Assembly: GCA_965116925.1 (NCBI GenBank)
Contig: OZ220744.1
Span: 32,001-96,000 of the forward strand
Length of the DNA: 64,000 bases
DNA from: Candidatus Poribacteria bacterium
GTDB taxonomy: Bacteria > Poribacteria > WGA-4E > PCPOR2b
Direction of reading: 5' to 3'
The notes under the pieces are model-generated. The model searched no databases, had not been told where the DNA came from, and was given only the letters and a program-made list of their open reading frames with translations. A program made the position numbers and the translations under genes. The stretch's first letter is position 1. Every line of letters begins with the position of its first letter. Below, one piece after another: positions 52,001 through 59,988 of this stretch.

Positions 52001-55000
52001 AAACCAGAGGTTATTGCCACTACACCGACTGAATTTGCAGCCGTCACCCACCTGACCGAAGTCAGCGCGACATTGCAAGACCACAGCGGCAAAGGCATCG
52101 ATTTTGATCTTACGACAATTTTCTTAAAAGCACCGGATCAATCATCAATCCTTGGCTATCAAACGGTAGATGAAGCGCAATCATCGGTTACTTGGGAACT
52201 AAATCAGCTTCTATCACGGGACGGTTCAGTGGATGGCGAATACACCATCCAACTGTCGCTTGTTGATAAGGCGGGAAACAGTACGGATGCCGATCACACA
52301 TTCATCTACGATACACTTATCCCAACCGTCGTTTCTGTGATGGTGAACACAGAAACGCCAACAATCCTCCCATTAAACGGATTAACAGCTATTGAGACTT
52401 CGTTTAATGGATTGACTATCAAGCTTTCTGATGCAAATGGCGCAACAACACCGGTGAGTGGAATAGATCTGGTTGGCACCGGTGTCCAGTTACTCGGTCC
52501 GGGGAAGACACCCCTCAACATCAATATTCGCGATGATGGCGTAGATACCATCATCGTCAGCTTTGCCTCGCTGTATCAGTCGGGGAGTTACACGCTCGCA
52601 GTCACACCGCGGGACATGGCGGGCAATGTCTCAAGCCACGCTGTTGAGTACGAATTCGGTTTGGAACTTGGTCACAGTACTGTTTCTGAGGTAACGATTG
52701 GTGGACGAATGGCACCGGTCGAGTTTGTGAACCGGCTGGAGGAAATCATTGCAACACTTGAAGATGTCAGTGCCACCGGGTTGAATTTGACTTCGGATGG
52801 TTCGACAATTACCGTAACGGGGCCCCATGGTGAGGTTGAGGGGGTTCAAACCGCACGTGGAGGAAACCAGATTGTGTGGAGACCACTACAGCTTGCCACA
52901 GATGGTTCGGTAGATGGGGTTTACTCCGCAACCATCACCCCCATCAATAGTGACGGCCGATTGGGAATACCAGCTCGGCACCAATTCACGCTTGATACAC
53001 AGGAGCCTGAAGTGACTTTGGTAACGCCGATTGATCTGACGCAGCCGTTGTCCTACATCGGTCGGCAGCTTATCCAAATCGCTGCTCAGATTGAAGATGT
53101 AGGACCGGCGGGTTTGGAGGTTGAAGACCAACACCTTCAGCTACTTGATGCCGGAGGGAATGTTGTCCCAGCAGTTCAGACCAACGATGGGGAATCTCAA
53201 ATCTTTCTGACACTTTCGCAGCCGCTTACAGCCGATGGGAGCGACGATGGGATATACACCGTCACTCTAGATTTGATGGACAAGGCCGCTAACCTTAACT
53301 CGATTTCACATCAACTCGTTTATGATACGCAAGCTCCAACACTTGTCAGCACGAATCCAACCGATGGCAGTCTCCGTAGTGACGATATAACGTTGATTAC
53401 AGTGCGTCTGAACGACCTCGGTGGTAGTGGCATTGATTTCGCCGAATCAATGTTGACGCTATTAGATTCAACCGGCACTCCAGTTAGCGGCGTGCAGAGC
53501 AACGATGGGAATCGAAGACTAACATTGCAAATTAGCGGTCTTGTAGCGGATGGCAATTATACAATCCGTGTGGAGGCAATCGATCGCGCGGGCAACGGAT
53601 CAAACGCCCCATTTGAGACACAATTCACCTTTTCGTCCGGTATGCCGGTTGTTATTTCAACCGTTCCCAAAACCGCGCCTGCGGAAGAAGCATTCACAAA
53701 CGAACCGCTCCATCAGGTCTCGGTTGAACTTCAATCGGAGGATGAAGGGGCGGACCGTTCGACAATCGCGCTGCTTGCTCCCGATGGCACAACAGTGCCA
53801 GGACAGCAGGTGCGTCGAGGAAAATTATTAATTTATCGACTCTTGAAAGAACTCGCCACCGATGGCTCCGACGATGGCACCTATACTATTGTAGTAATAC
53901 CCATCAATAGCGCAGGGCGACAGGGACAACCGGAGCAATTTACCTTTGCTTATGATACCATTGCACCCGAGGTGGTCCCAACCTCTATTCAACTAATCGT
54001 TGCCGAACCGGGTGTTAATAATTCGTTGGTTTCGGTCGGGGCACTTATCGCAGATGACGAACCAAGTTCCGGGGTGGATTGGGATAACCTTGATCTGTCA
54101 TGGATTACCCTTAATGATACCAGACGGAACCGCAAGATTGAGGGAACGCTTGCCACCGATGAAGAACAGGCTCTTGTGTTAAACTTAGTTATGCCACTCG
54201 CTAGCGATGGAAGTCAAGACGGTGTATATCTGTTAACAATTGTGCCGAAGGACCGGGCGGGCAACGTCACTGAAGCGGTCAGCTACCCCTTCTTCTACGA
54301 CACACGTCCACCGATGATTGATGCTAACTCGTTGTTTATTGATGGGCAACCGTTGCTTACTGACTCGAATGATCCGTATTACCCTTCAGCGACCAACAAG
54401 AGTGGCAGCATCATCATTGATGCAAAGTTCTCCGATGTCAATCCGGATGGCAGTTACGGCCTTGGACCCGATTTGGTCAACTCATCAGTTACCGTCCGTT
54501 CTCCTGCTGGAGACGTTATCACCGGAACCACGACACAGAACGGCACCGACAGCATCCGCTTCAAATCTGGCCCACTCAATGAGCAGGGACATTATCAGGT
54601 GACTATCACCAGTGTTGGCTTGGATTCTGCAAATCTCGGCTTCCAGCCAACTGATTCGGTCACGACACAGTTCCTCTTTGAAACAACAAAGCCGGTCGTT
54701 GAACTCACCGATTTAGCTGGAGAAACAACCTTTGAAGATGAACCGTTGCCATTGCAAGGCACTGCACGTGATCCGTCTGAGGATGAAATCCCTGCATCTG
54801 AAGTCGCGCTAGTTGAGGTGGTCGGTACTGGCCCTGATGGGCTACTAATTGACCCAGTTGTTGCAAAAGATGACAGTGAGGAAGAGGAAGATCCGTGGAG
54901 TCGCTGGTCAATTGATTTTCTGCCTTCTCAGTCTGGTGAATATAACCTAGATGTTCGCGTTACCGATCGCGCCGGTAATGCTGGTATTTACGATGCCGTG

Positions 55001-55360
55001 ACTGTCAATTTCTCAGTGTCACTTATCTTCAAAGGCCCAACATATGTTTGGCCTAATCCACTGAGCCTCTCAAGACGTTCAAATGGTGAAATTGCTAATT
55101 TCTCCTTTGAAGTCAACGTCCCCGGGGGTGAAGGCGCGCAGATTGTCCTAAGTATCTACGATTTCGCCGGTGACTTGGTGTACGAAAAGGAATACGATGA
55201 TCTCGGCACTGGTAGGAGCGACAATAAAGTGAGGTGGGATCTCACCAATCAGTCCGGCACTGATGTTGCCCGTGGAATCTATATTTTCCGCTTAGAAGCC
55301 GAGGATGTGGTGACGAGTAATCGCACTAATGCGATCGGGAAGATTGTCGTGGTAGAGTAG
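49070..55360 (+). CDS. 2096-aa surface protein: FlgD-like Ig domains, about 15 bacterial Ig-like repeats, C-terminal T9SS-type/FlgD-like sorting domain
   Basis: FSPNGDG motifs; repeated LxxDGSxDGxYxIxVxxxD(K/R)AGN...YDT; C-terminus VWPNP...WDLTNQSG..VARGIYIFRL...GKIVVVE. Confidence 0.85.
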   Translation: MRIIKPTKRHRPYPKKQALSTLLSKNGCCLFILILLFQFFPSFFFMQGESLVWALRFQTSPQAIDDVDEDNVFSPNGDGVQDTLLISFVTDGDFGDFRIIIDTHGPSGVGKPDGQFRVDEDWVITGEVGPGIDQFAPPTAIREAWDGNDFSRQQEEKNPHPLSDGRYRIRIEIDAVPNEEVSRAESGYLAIQLSAIIDNELPQLSATALQRDLSPNGDTITDEIQIDYGLSESLVELELQFTDPSDRPAIPLTRFTEGKNHTFTWTGVDGLDTRLSDGTYTVQLHGTDRGGNVVTFGLGSFQIDTKSPIIAQLTPRRNSFQNTPIEQIEAIFDVGDGSLIDVDSTFTEILLLNANGAQISGVVNHDEEAGRITLTLDRSVDSSDENGVYTISVSGADKAGNIVSDEVSFTFDNVAPMVTSIATDVGELTPDTVTTTKFTFVDVTLADNIDSRVNTASTVRLSGAEGATIAGIQSQVGENGIRWTPGFPLATDGSYDGRYTITVQSRDRAGNEVEIQIPFLYDTQVPELVLTSGSGVQLNTSEGVEAFLTSPLSVLTATFNDGNGSGTDFSKTSVEMARFARADGAQVPVQGTLISDEDNDVLGFRLNQPLERRNGSQDGTYLIRVRSTDKAGNAETRNIELIYDTQAPAIVSTIRTANPLTTERIEVELEVTDTFAGVEGSGFDVSTSTFELFDVNGAMVDGAQTNDGAGKFAFRSRILPEGGMYTLVVTLADRAGNRSIPLPLIYDAEEPTIETVSHIEPIATVSNVGEFLRRVEATVSDVGTGIDFDQSLIQLLNAAGEVVPGTPYHDDEATVGWELATPLTREGNFDGLYSLRVRAVDKAGYVEERTYALRYDTQVPIIHTALVAQNDGTAIELSGVEAQLITSPVNQITVKFSDGEGSGMDVLRTTVSLIGPEGTPVGTNQSDNGVDTVYLSFNPLRVDGSDDGFYRIQVTPTDLAGNMLTSPVEFPFFYGTRKPEVIATTPTEFAAVTHLTEVSATLQDHSGKGIDFDLTTIFLKAPDQSSILGYQTVDEAQSSVTWELNQLLSRDGSVDGEYTIQLSLVDKAGNSTDADHTFIYDTLIPTVVSVMVNTETPTILPLNGLTAIETSFNGLTIKLSDANGATTPVSGIDLVGTGVQLLGPGKTPLNINIRDDGVDTIIVSFASLYQSGSYTLAVTPRDMAGNVSSHAVEYEFGLELGHSTVSEVTIGGRMAPVEFVNRLEEIIATLEDVSATGLNLTSDGSTITVTGPHGEVEGVQTARGGNQIVWRPLQLATDGSVDGVYSATITPINSDGRLGIPARHQFTLDTQEPEVTLVTPIDLTQPLSYIGRQLIQIAAQIEDVGPAGLEVEDQHLQLLDAGGNVVPAVQTNDGESQIFLTLSQPLTADGSDDGIYTVTLDLMDKAANLNSISHQLVYDTQAPTLVSTNPTDGSLRSDDITLITVRLNDLGGSGIDFAESMLTLLDSTGTPVSGVQSNDGNRRLTLQISGLVADGNYTIRVEAIDRAGNGSNAPFETQFTFSSGMPVVISTVPKTAPAEEAFTNEPLHQVSVELQSEDEGADRSTIALLAPDGTTVPGQQVRRGKLLIYRLLKELATDGSDDGTYTIVVIPINSAGRQGQPEQFTFAYDTIAPEVVPTSIQLIVAEPGVNNSLVSVGALIADDEPSSGVDWDNLDLSWITLNDTRRNRKIEGTLATDEEQALVLNLVMPLASDGSQDGVYLLTIVPKDRAGNVTEAVSYPFFYDTRPPMIDANSLFIDGQPLLTDSNDPYYPSATNKSGSIIIDAKFSDVNPDGSYGLGPDLVNSSVTVRSPAGDVITGTTTQNGTDSIRFKSGPLNEQGHYQVTITSVGLDSANLGFQPTDSVTTQFLFETTKPVVELTDLAGETTFEDEPLPLQGTARDPSEDEIPASEVALVEVVGTGPDGLLIDPVVAKDDSEEEEDPWSRWSIDFLPSQSGEYNLDVRVTDRAGNAGIYDAVTVNFSVSLIFKGPTYVWPNPLSLSRRSNGEIANFSFEVNVPGGEGAQIVLSIYDFAGDLVYEKEYDDLGTGRSDNKVRWDLTNQSGTDVARGIYIFRLEAEDVVTSNRTNAIGKIVVVE

Positions 55361-55416
55361 ATGGGAGCGACCCTTATGAATATAGCTCAAACGTTCAGGC
55401 ATTCATTTACGAACCA

Positions 55417-56490
55417 ATGAACCAAATTACAGAATTGGAGAAACAGATGCCCCTAAAACAGGAATTAATCGGGATTAAAGGATTAACAGAATTGATAGGA
55501 TTAAAAGACAGGGATTGCTGCAATCCTAAAATCCTGAAAATCCTGATTCTGACACTATTTTTTGTAATCATTGCTTTCCCCGCCTTTGCTGCGGATATTC
55601 ACGACGATGCCGGCACAACGGGTGCTGCATTCCTTAAAATTGAAGCCGGCAGCCGCCCTGCTGGGATGGGAGGAGCGTTCGCAGGCTTGGCTAACGATGT
55701 CAATACGCTATACTGGAATCCCGCTGGGTTGACAGCGGTGGGTGAACGCCAATTTACTGCCATGCAGAATTTCTCGATTGCAGATATTAGTAACCAATTC
55801 CTCGGTTATGCGCAAAAATTCAGCGACAGAAGCACTTGGGGGGCAAGTTTTCTCGGGGCGTTTACAGAGATCGAACGCCGTCGTAGAGCAACCGAGGAAC
55901 CTGACAGCACCGCCACAGTCGGTGGTTTTGCTGCGGGATTGTCCCTCGCGTATATTTTATCCCCACAGTTGTCGGTTGGAGCAACAGCCAAAACAATTTC
56001 TCAGCAACTTGACGTTGAAGATTCAATTGGTGCTGCTGCCGATGTTGGAATGCTTTTGCGAATCGCGAACAATCGGCTTGGCATAGGAATCGCAGCGCAA
56101 AATCTCGGTGTTCTGGATACAGGGGAAAATCTGCCAATGAATGTGCGAGGTGGATTCGCTTACCAGGTCCGCGCTGAACCTAACCCTGACAGTGGAAGGC
56201 AACCACGAGACCTTTTTGCATTAGCTGCTGATGTCAACTACCCAATTGTTGCTGGGTATCCAACCTTCCATTTGGGGGCAGAGAATTGGTTCTACAATAT
56301 GCTTGCCCTTCGCGCTGGATATAGTTTTAGCCAAGGAGAGAACCCTAAAAATGGGTTGACCGCTGGGTTCGGGCTGCGTCGAATAGGGGAAGCGTCTCTG
56401 CAAAACGTCAACTTCCAATTTGACTACGCCTTCGTTCCAGACCAAGCTGTTGGCAATGCTCACCGAGTTTCTCTCCTCCTGCGATTCTGA
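55417..56490 (+). CDS. PorV/PorQ-family outer-membrane beta-barrel
   Basis: FLKIEAGSRPAGMGGAF...YWNPAGL; LALRAGY; DYAF...GNAHRVSL..RF. Confidence 0.85.
   Translation: MNQITELEKQMPLKQELIGIKGLTELIGLKDRDCCNPKILKILILTLFFVIIAFPAFAADIHDDAGTTGAAFLKIEAGSRPAGMGGAFAGLANDVNTLYWNPAGLTAVGERQFTAMQNFSIADISNQFLGYAQKFSDRSTWGASFLGAFTEIERRRRATEEPDSTATVGGFAAGLSLAYILSPQLSVGATAKTISQQLDVEDSIGAAADVGMLLRIANNRLGIGIAAQNLGVLDTGENLPMNVRGGFAYQVRAEPNPDSGRQPRDLFALAADVNYPIVAGYPTFHLGAENWFYNMLALRAGYSFSQGENPKNGLTAGFGLRRIGEASLQNVNFQFDYAFVPDQAVGNAHRVSLLLRF
55456..55553. repeat. GGATT/AATCC short-repeat palindromic element inside the 5' end of the PorV-like gene
   Basis: GGGATTAAAGGATT...AGGATTAAAAG followed by AATCCTAAAATCCTGAAAATCCTGATTCTGAC. 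Confidence 0.65.
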
Positions 56491-56551
56491 GCTCCATCAG
56501 GTTTGCTAGCTAGACAAACTTAGATGTGCTTGCCCCAATCGGAGCATTTCT

Positions 56552-57586
56552 ATGAACATCATCTGCACAGGAATCAGTTGTTCAGGACGAAAAGAATTGA
56601 TGGGAGAGTTTGAAGCACTCTGCTGCAATAAAGGGCTGCGGGTTGGCTTTTTCAACGTCGGTGATTTTATGCACAGTGCAGCTGCAGCCTCCGGAATTCA
56701 ATTCACAGACAAAGTGCTCGACTCTGATCCCGCTGTCCTGTCGTTGGCACGCCGATCGGCTTTCTATGAGATTGCCAACGCTGCACACGGCTATGACCAC
56801 ACCTTCGTCGGTCTGCACGCTTGCTTTCGCTGGAATGGAAAACTGGTTGAAGGCGTCTCATTCCAAGATGTGCAGGGTTTTCCGGCTGACGTATTTGTCA
56901 ATGTGGTAGACAATCTTGCGGACATCACTCAACGTATGAAAGATAATCCGCAGTGGGGGGGCATGAGACGCGATGAAATTAATGTCTGGCTCGACGAAGA
57001 AGAATTTCTGACCAAACAATTCGCTAACCTCAAAGGAAAAAATCACTATACCGTTGCTCGACAGCACAATCTGGAAAACGTCTACGACCTGCTCTTTTCA
57101 AAAAAGAAGAAATTTTACCTGAGTTATCCGATCACGCTTATCCGCCGAGATGCACCGAATCAGATTGAAAACATCCGTAGGTTTGGTTCAAAGATGCGGA
57201 AAGATTTTATCATATTTGATCCGCTCGACATTGAGGATATGGACCTGATTCATTCTACGGAACCCTCTCAGGAGGAGGCAGCTGACAGTAAGATCACAAC
57301 TGTCAGTGATATAGATCAAAATTTCAGCGTGCAGATTAAAACACGCACCATCTCCAGAGACTATCAGTTCATTCACCAGAGCGATTTTGTTATTGTTATC
57401 TATCCAACGGATAAACTCTCCCCCGGCGTCCTGAGTGAGATGAACTTTGCCTCGCGCTATAACAAACCCGTTTATGCCGTATACTCCCATGCACGTAGCC
57501 CATTTTTCGAGCATCTGTGCGAACGGATCTTCGACACCATTGAGGAACTCGAAGCTTTTCTGGGAGATCAGCAAACGGAGATTTAG
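56552..57586 (+). CDS. Fusion of an NMP-kinase-like P-loop domain and a nucleoside 2-deoxyribosyltransferase-like domain
   Basis: TGISCSGRKE P-loop variant; C-terminal FYLSYPI...DYQFIHQSD...SPGVLSEM..A...KPVY. Confidence 0.65.
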   Translation: MNIICTGISCSGRKELMGEFEALCCNKGLRVGFFNVGDFMHSAAAASGIQFTDKVLDSDPAVLSLARRSAFYEIANAAHGYDHTFVGLHACFRWNGKLVEGVSFQDVQGFPADVFVNVVDNLADITQRMKDNPQWGGMRRDEINVWLDEEEFLTKQFANLKGKNHYTVARQHNLENVYDLLFSKKKKFYLSYPITLIRRDAPNQIENIRRFGSKMRKDFIIFDPLDIEDMDLIHSTEPSQEEAADSKITTVSDIDQNFSVQIKTRTISRDYQFIHQSDFVIVIYPTDKLSPGVLSEMNFASRYNKPVYAVYSHARSPFFEHLCERIFDTIEELEAFLGDQQTEI

Positions 57587-57675
57587 CGGATAGGCTTCGG
57601 TTCTAACAGAACTTAGAGTCAGCGATCCATATAGGCCCCAGTCGGAATGTCGAGGCAATGAAATTAGGATTTGAA

Positions 57676-58199
57676 AATACTGGAAACGATCCCAATGCTT
57701 TAGCGTTGGGTCAGACAGCATAATTTTAGTTGATTTTCTTGGCAAAGTATGGTGTACAAAGAATCACAGACTTGCAAAGCTATTATCAGACGCTTCATTA
57801 TCAAGTCTGCTGGCTATGCTCAAATACAAAGCAGAACGGTTAGGCGTAAAGATTGTGGAAGCCGATACGTTCTACCCGTCCAGTAAGACTTGCTCCGCTT
57901 GTGGATCCAAAAATAGTGACCTGTCACTATCGGATAGGACTTACCATTGCAGCGATTGTGGGCATACACAAGACCGAGACTTAAACGCTGCAATAAATCT
58001 TAGAAACGTCGCCGTGGGACACACGGAGACGTAAAACGCTTGTCCGAAAGGATCCCGATTTATCGGGGTGGAGATTTTGTAAGTCCTCACCTTCAACACG
58101 AGGCAAGAATCGCTGAAGCAAGAAAATAGCATGGAGACAGAAAATGTCTACCAATCAGTCTATTAAGAATCCCAATGTTTCAACTTTGGGAGCAGTCAA
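57676..58199 (+). mobile_element. Internally deleted IS200/IS605 (tnpB-type) element inserted after TTGAA at the rimK start
   Basis: Left-end hairpin GATCCCAATGCTTTAGCGTTGGGTC; tnpB remnant; right end GAATCCCAATGTTTCAACTTTGGGAGCAGTCAA. Confidence 0.8.
57759..58034 (+). pseudogene. tnpB: C-terminal fragment of RNA-guided endonuclease TnpB
   Basis: KNHRLAKLLSDAS...LKYKAE...YPSSKTCSACG...CSDCG...DRDLNAAINL (zinc finger plus RuvC-III). Confidence 0.9.
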
Positions 58200-59088
58200 A
58201 ATTGGCATCATCTCCCTCGGCACGCAAAATCACGCCACTCGACGATTGGTTGAAGCCTCACTCGCAGCCGGGCACATACCGAAAGTTCTTAACCCATTTG
58301 GATTCTATCTGCATATCGGCGGTTCAGGAGCACCTATTTACTACGAAGAAACTCCCGCCACAGATTTCGATGTTGTGCTCCCACGGCTAAGTGCGTCAAC
58401 AGCGCAATACGGTGAGGAGGTAGTGGCACATTTTGAATGGAATGGTACGCCAGTCGTCAATCGATCTTATGCGATTGCAAACGCCCGAAATAAATTCCGT
58501 GCCCTCCGCATCCTTGCCCAGCATGGACTACCTGTCCCGCCTAGTTTTGCCGCGGGTTCAGCCCGTTACGTGGATAGATCTGTCCATCAAACCGGCGAAT
58601 ACCCATTCATAATGAAACCCTTTGAGGGTACTCACGGCAATGCAATCTTACTGCTCGATACCCCGACATCGCTACAGTCGGCGATTGGTGCAATGTGTGA
58701 TCTCCATCAAGACTATGTCATCCAACCTTTTATCGGGGAGTCGGCAGGGAACGATGTGCGAGTGATCATCATTGGCGGAAGGGTTGTTGCTGCCATGAGG
58801 AGAACCGCACAGGAAGGCGAGTTTCGATCGAACGTCCACCGCGGCGGACAGGGACATCCTATTGAACTTCAAAACGAATACATTGACACAGCAATCCGAG
58901 CTGCAGAAGCAATGGAGTTGAATATTGCGGGGGTAGATCTGTTGGAGACGCTAGCAGGTCCAATGGTGTTGGAGGTCAACCCATCGCCGGGATTTGAAGA
59001 AATCGAAACAGTTACAGGAATCAAAGTCGCGGATGCGATGATTGCATTTGCTATCGAATATTCTCAAGCTACGAGAAAAACGGATTAA
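58144..59088 (+). CDS. rimK: RimK-family ATP-grasp alpha-L-glutamate ligase (N-terminal 18 aa derived from IS right end)
   Basis: KIGIISL, ARNKFR, KPFEGTHG, EFRSNVHRGG, AGVDLL...VLEVNPSPG. Confidence 0.82.
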   Translation: MSTNQSIKNPNVSTLGAVKIGIISLGTQNHATRRLVEASLAAGHIPKVLNPFGFYLHIGGSGAPIYYEETPATDFDVVLPRLSASTAQYGEEVVAHFEWNGTPVVNRSYAIANARNKFRALRILAQHGLPVPPSFAAGSARYVDRSVHQTGEYPFIMKPFEGTHGNAILLLDTPTSLQSAIGAMCDLHQDYVIQPFIGESAGNDVRVIIIGGRVVAAMRRTAQEGEFRSNVHRGGQGHPIELQNEYIDTAIRAAEAMELNIAGVDLLETLAGPMVLEVNPSPGFEEIETVTGIKVADAMIAFAIEYSQATRKTD

Positions 59089-59128
59089 TGTCTATAGCGT
59101 TAATGAACCAAAAAAGGTTGGGATGCCC

Positions 59129-59983
59129 ATGATCATTGACTGCCACACCCATTTCTGGCGATATCCAGGGGAACTTACCGAGGAACTCGCCCGCGAAACC
59201 TTCATCATGCGTCGGCAAGAGGTTGACTTAGACATCACACCGGAGATGCACGCTGCGGCTGTAGCGAAAGTAGATCGTGCGATTGTGTTTGGGTTACGTG
59301 CACCGCTCACCGGATTTCTTACGGTCAACGATACTGTTGCTGAATATATTCGCACGGATACGAAGAAACTGATCGGCTTTGCGGCAATTTGCCCGACTGA
59401 TGACAACGCGCTTGTGGAGGTAGACCGGGCTGTCCAAGAGCTGGGGCTTCGTGGACTGAAGATGAGTCCGATCTATGGTGGCTGGGATCCGCTAGACCCC
59501 CGCGCCCTGAAAATCTTCGCGCGAGCGGAACAACTCGGATTGCCGATCATGCTCCATCAGGGCACAACCTATCCTCGGAAGGCACCGCTGAAGTACGCCA
59601 ATCCGGTGCTGCTCGAAGATATCGCACTGCGCTTTCCCGATTTGAAGATGATCGTTGCCCACATGGGACATCCTTGGGAAGCCGAAGCCATTGTTCTCAT
59701 CCGAAAGCAGCCCAATGTTTTTGCCGACATCTCCGCCCTCTTCTACCGTCCCTGGCAATACTACAATTCGTTACGATTGGCGATCGAATACGGTGTTGCC
59801 GACAAACTGCTTTTCGGCACCGATTATCCTATAACCACTTTTGATGAATCCGTCAAGGGGTTACACGATATCGTTAAACTCTCCCAAGAGATGCGGCTGC
59901 CGCCGCTGCCGGAAGATCTGCCCGACCAAATCTTACATCGTGATACGCTAGGGCTTCTGGGGCTTGATGATTCCGCCTCATGA
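59129..59983 (+). CDS. Amidohydrolase family protein (amidohydro_2)
   Basis: IIDCHTH, GLKM, AHMGHPW, LFGTDYP. Confidence 0.9.
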   Translation: MIIDCHTHFWRYPGELTEELARETFIMRRQEVDLDITPEMHAAAVAKVDRAIVFGLRAPLTGFLTVNDTVAEYIRTDTKKLIGFAAICPTDDNALVEVDRAVQELGLRGLKMSPIYGGWDPLDPRALKIFARAEQLGLPIMLHQGTTYPRKAPLKYANPVLLEDIALRFPDLKMIVAHMGHPWEAEAIVLIRKQPNVFADISALFYRPWQYYNSLRLAIEYGVADKLLFGTDYPITTFDESVKGLHDIVKLSQEMRLPPLPEDLPDQILHRDTLGLLGLDDSAS

Positions 59984-59988
59984 GCATA

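Noticed and set aside
57816..58034. Functional TnpB/Cas12-like nuclease
   Set aside because: Only the C-terminal roughly 90 codons remain; REC/WED and RuvC-I/II regions are deleted.
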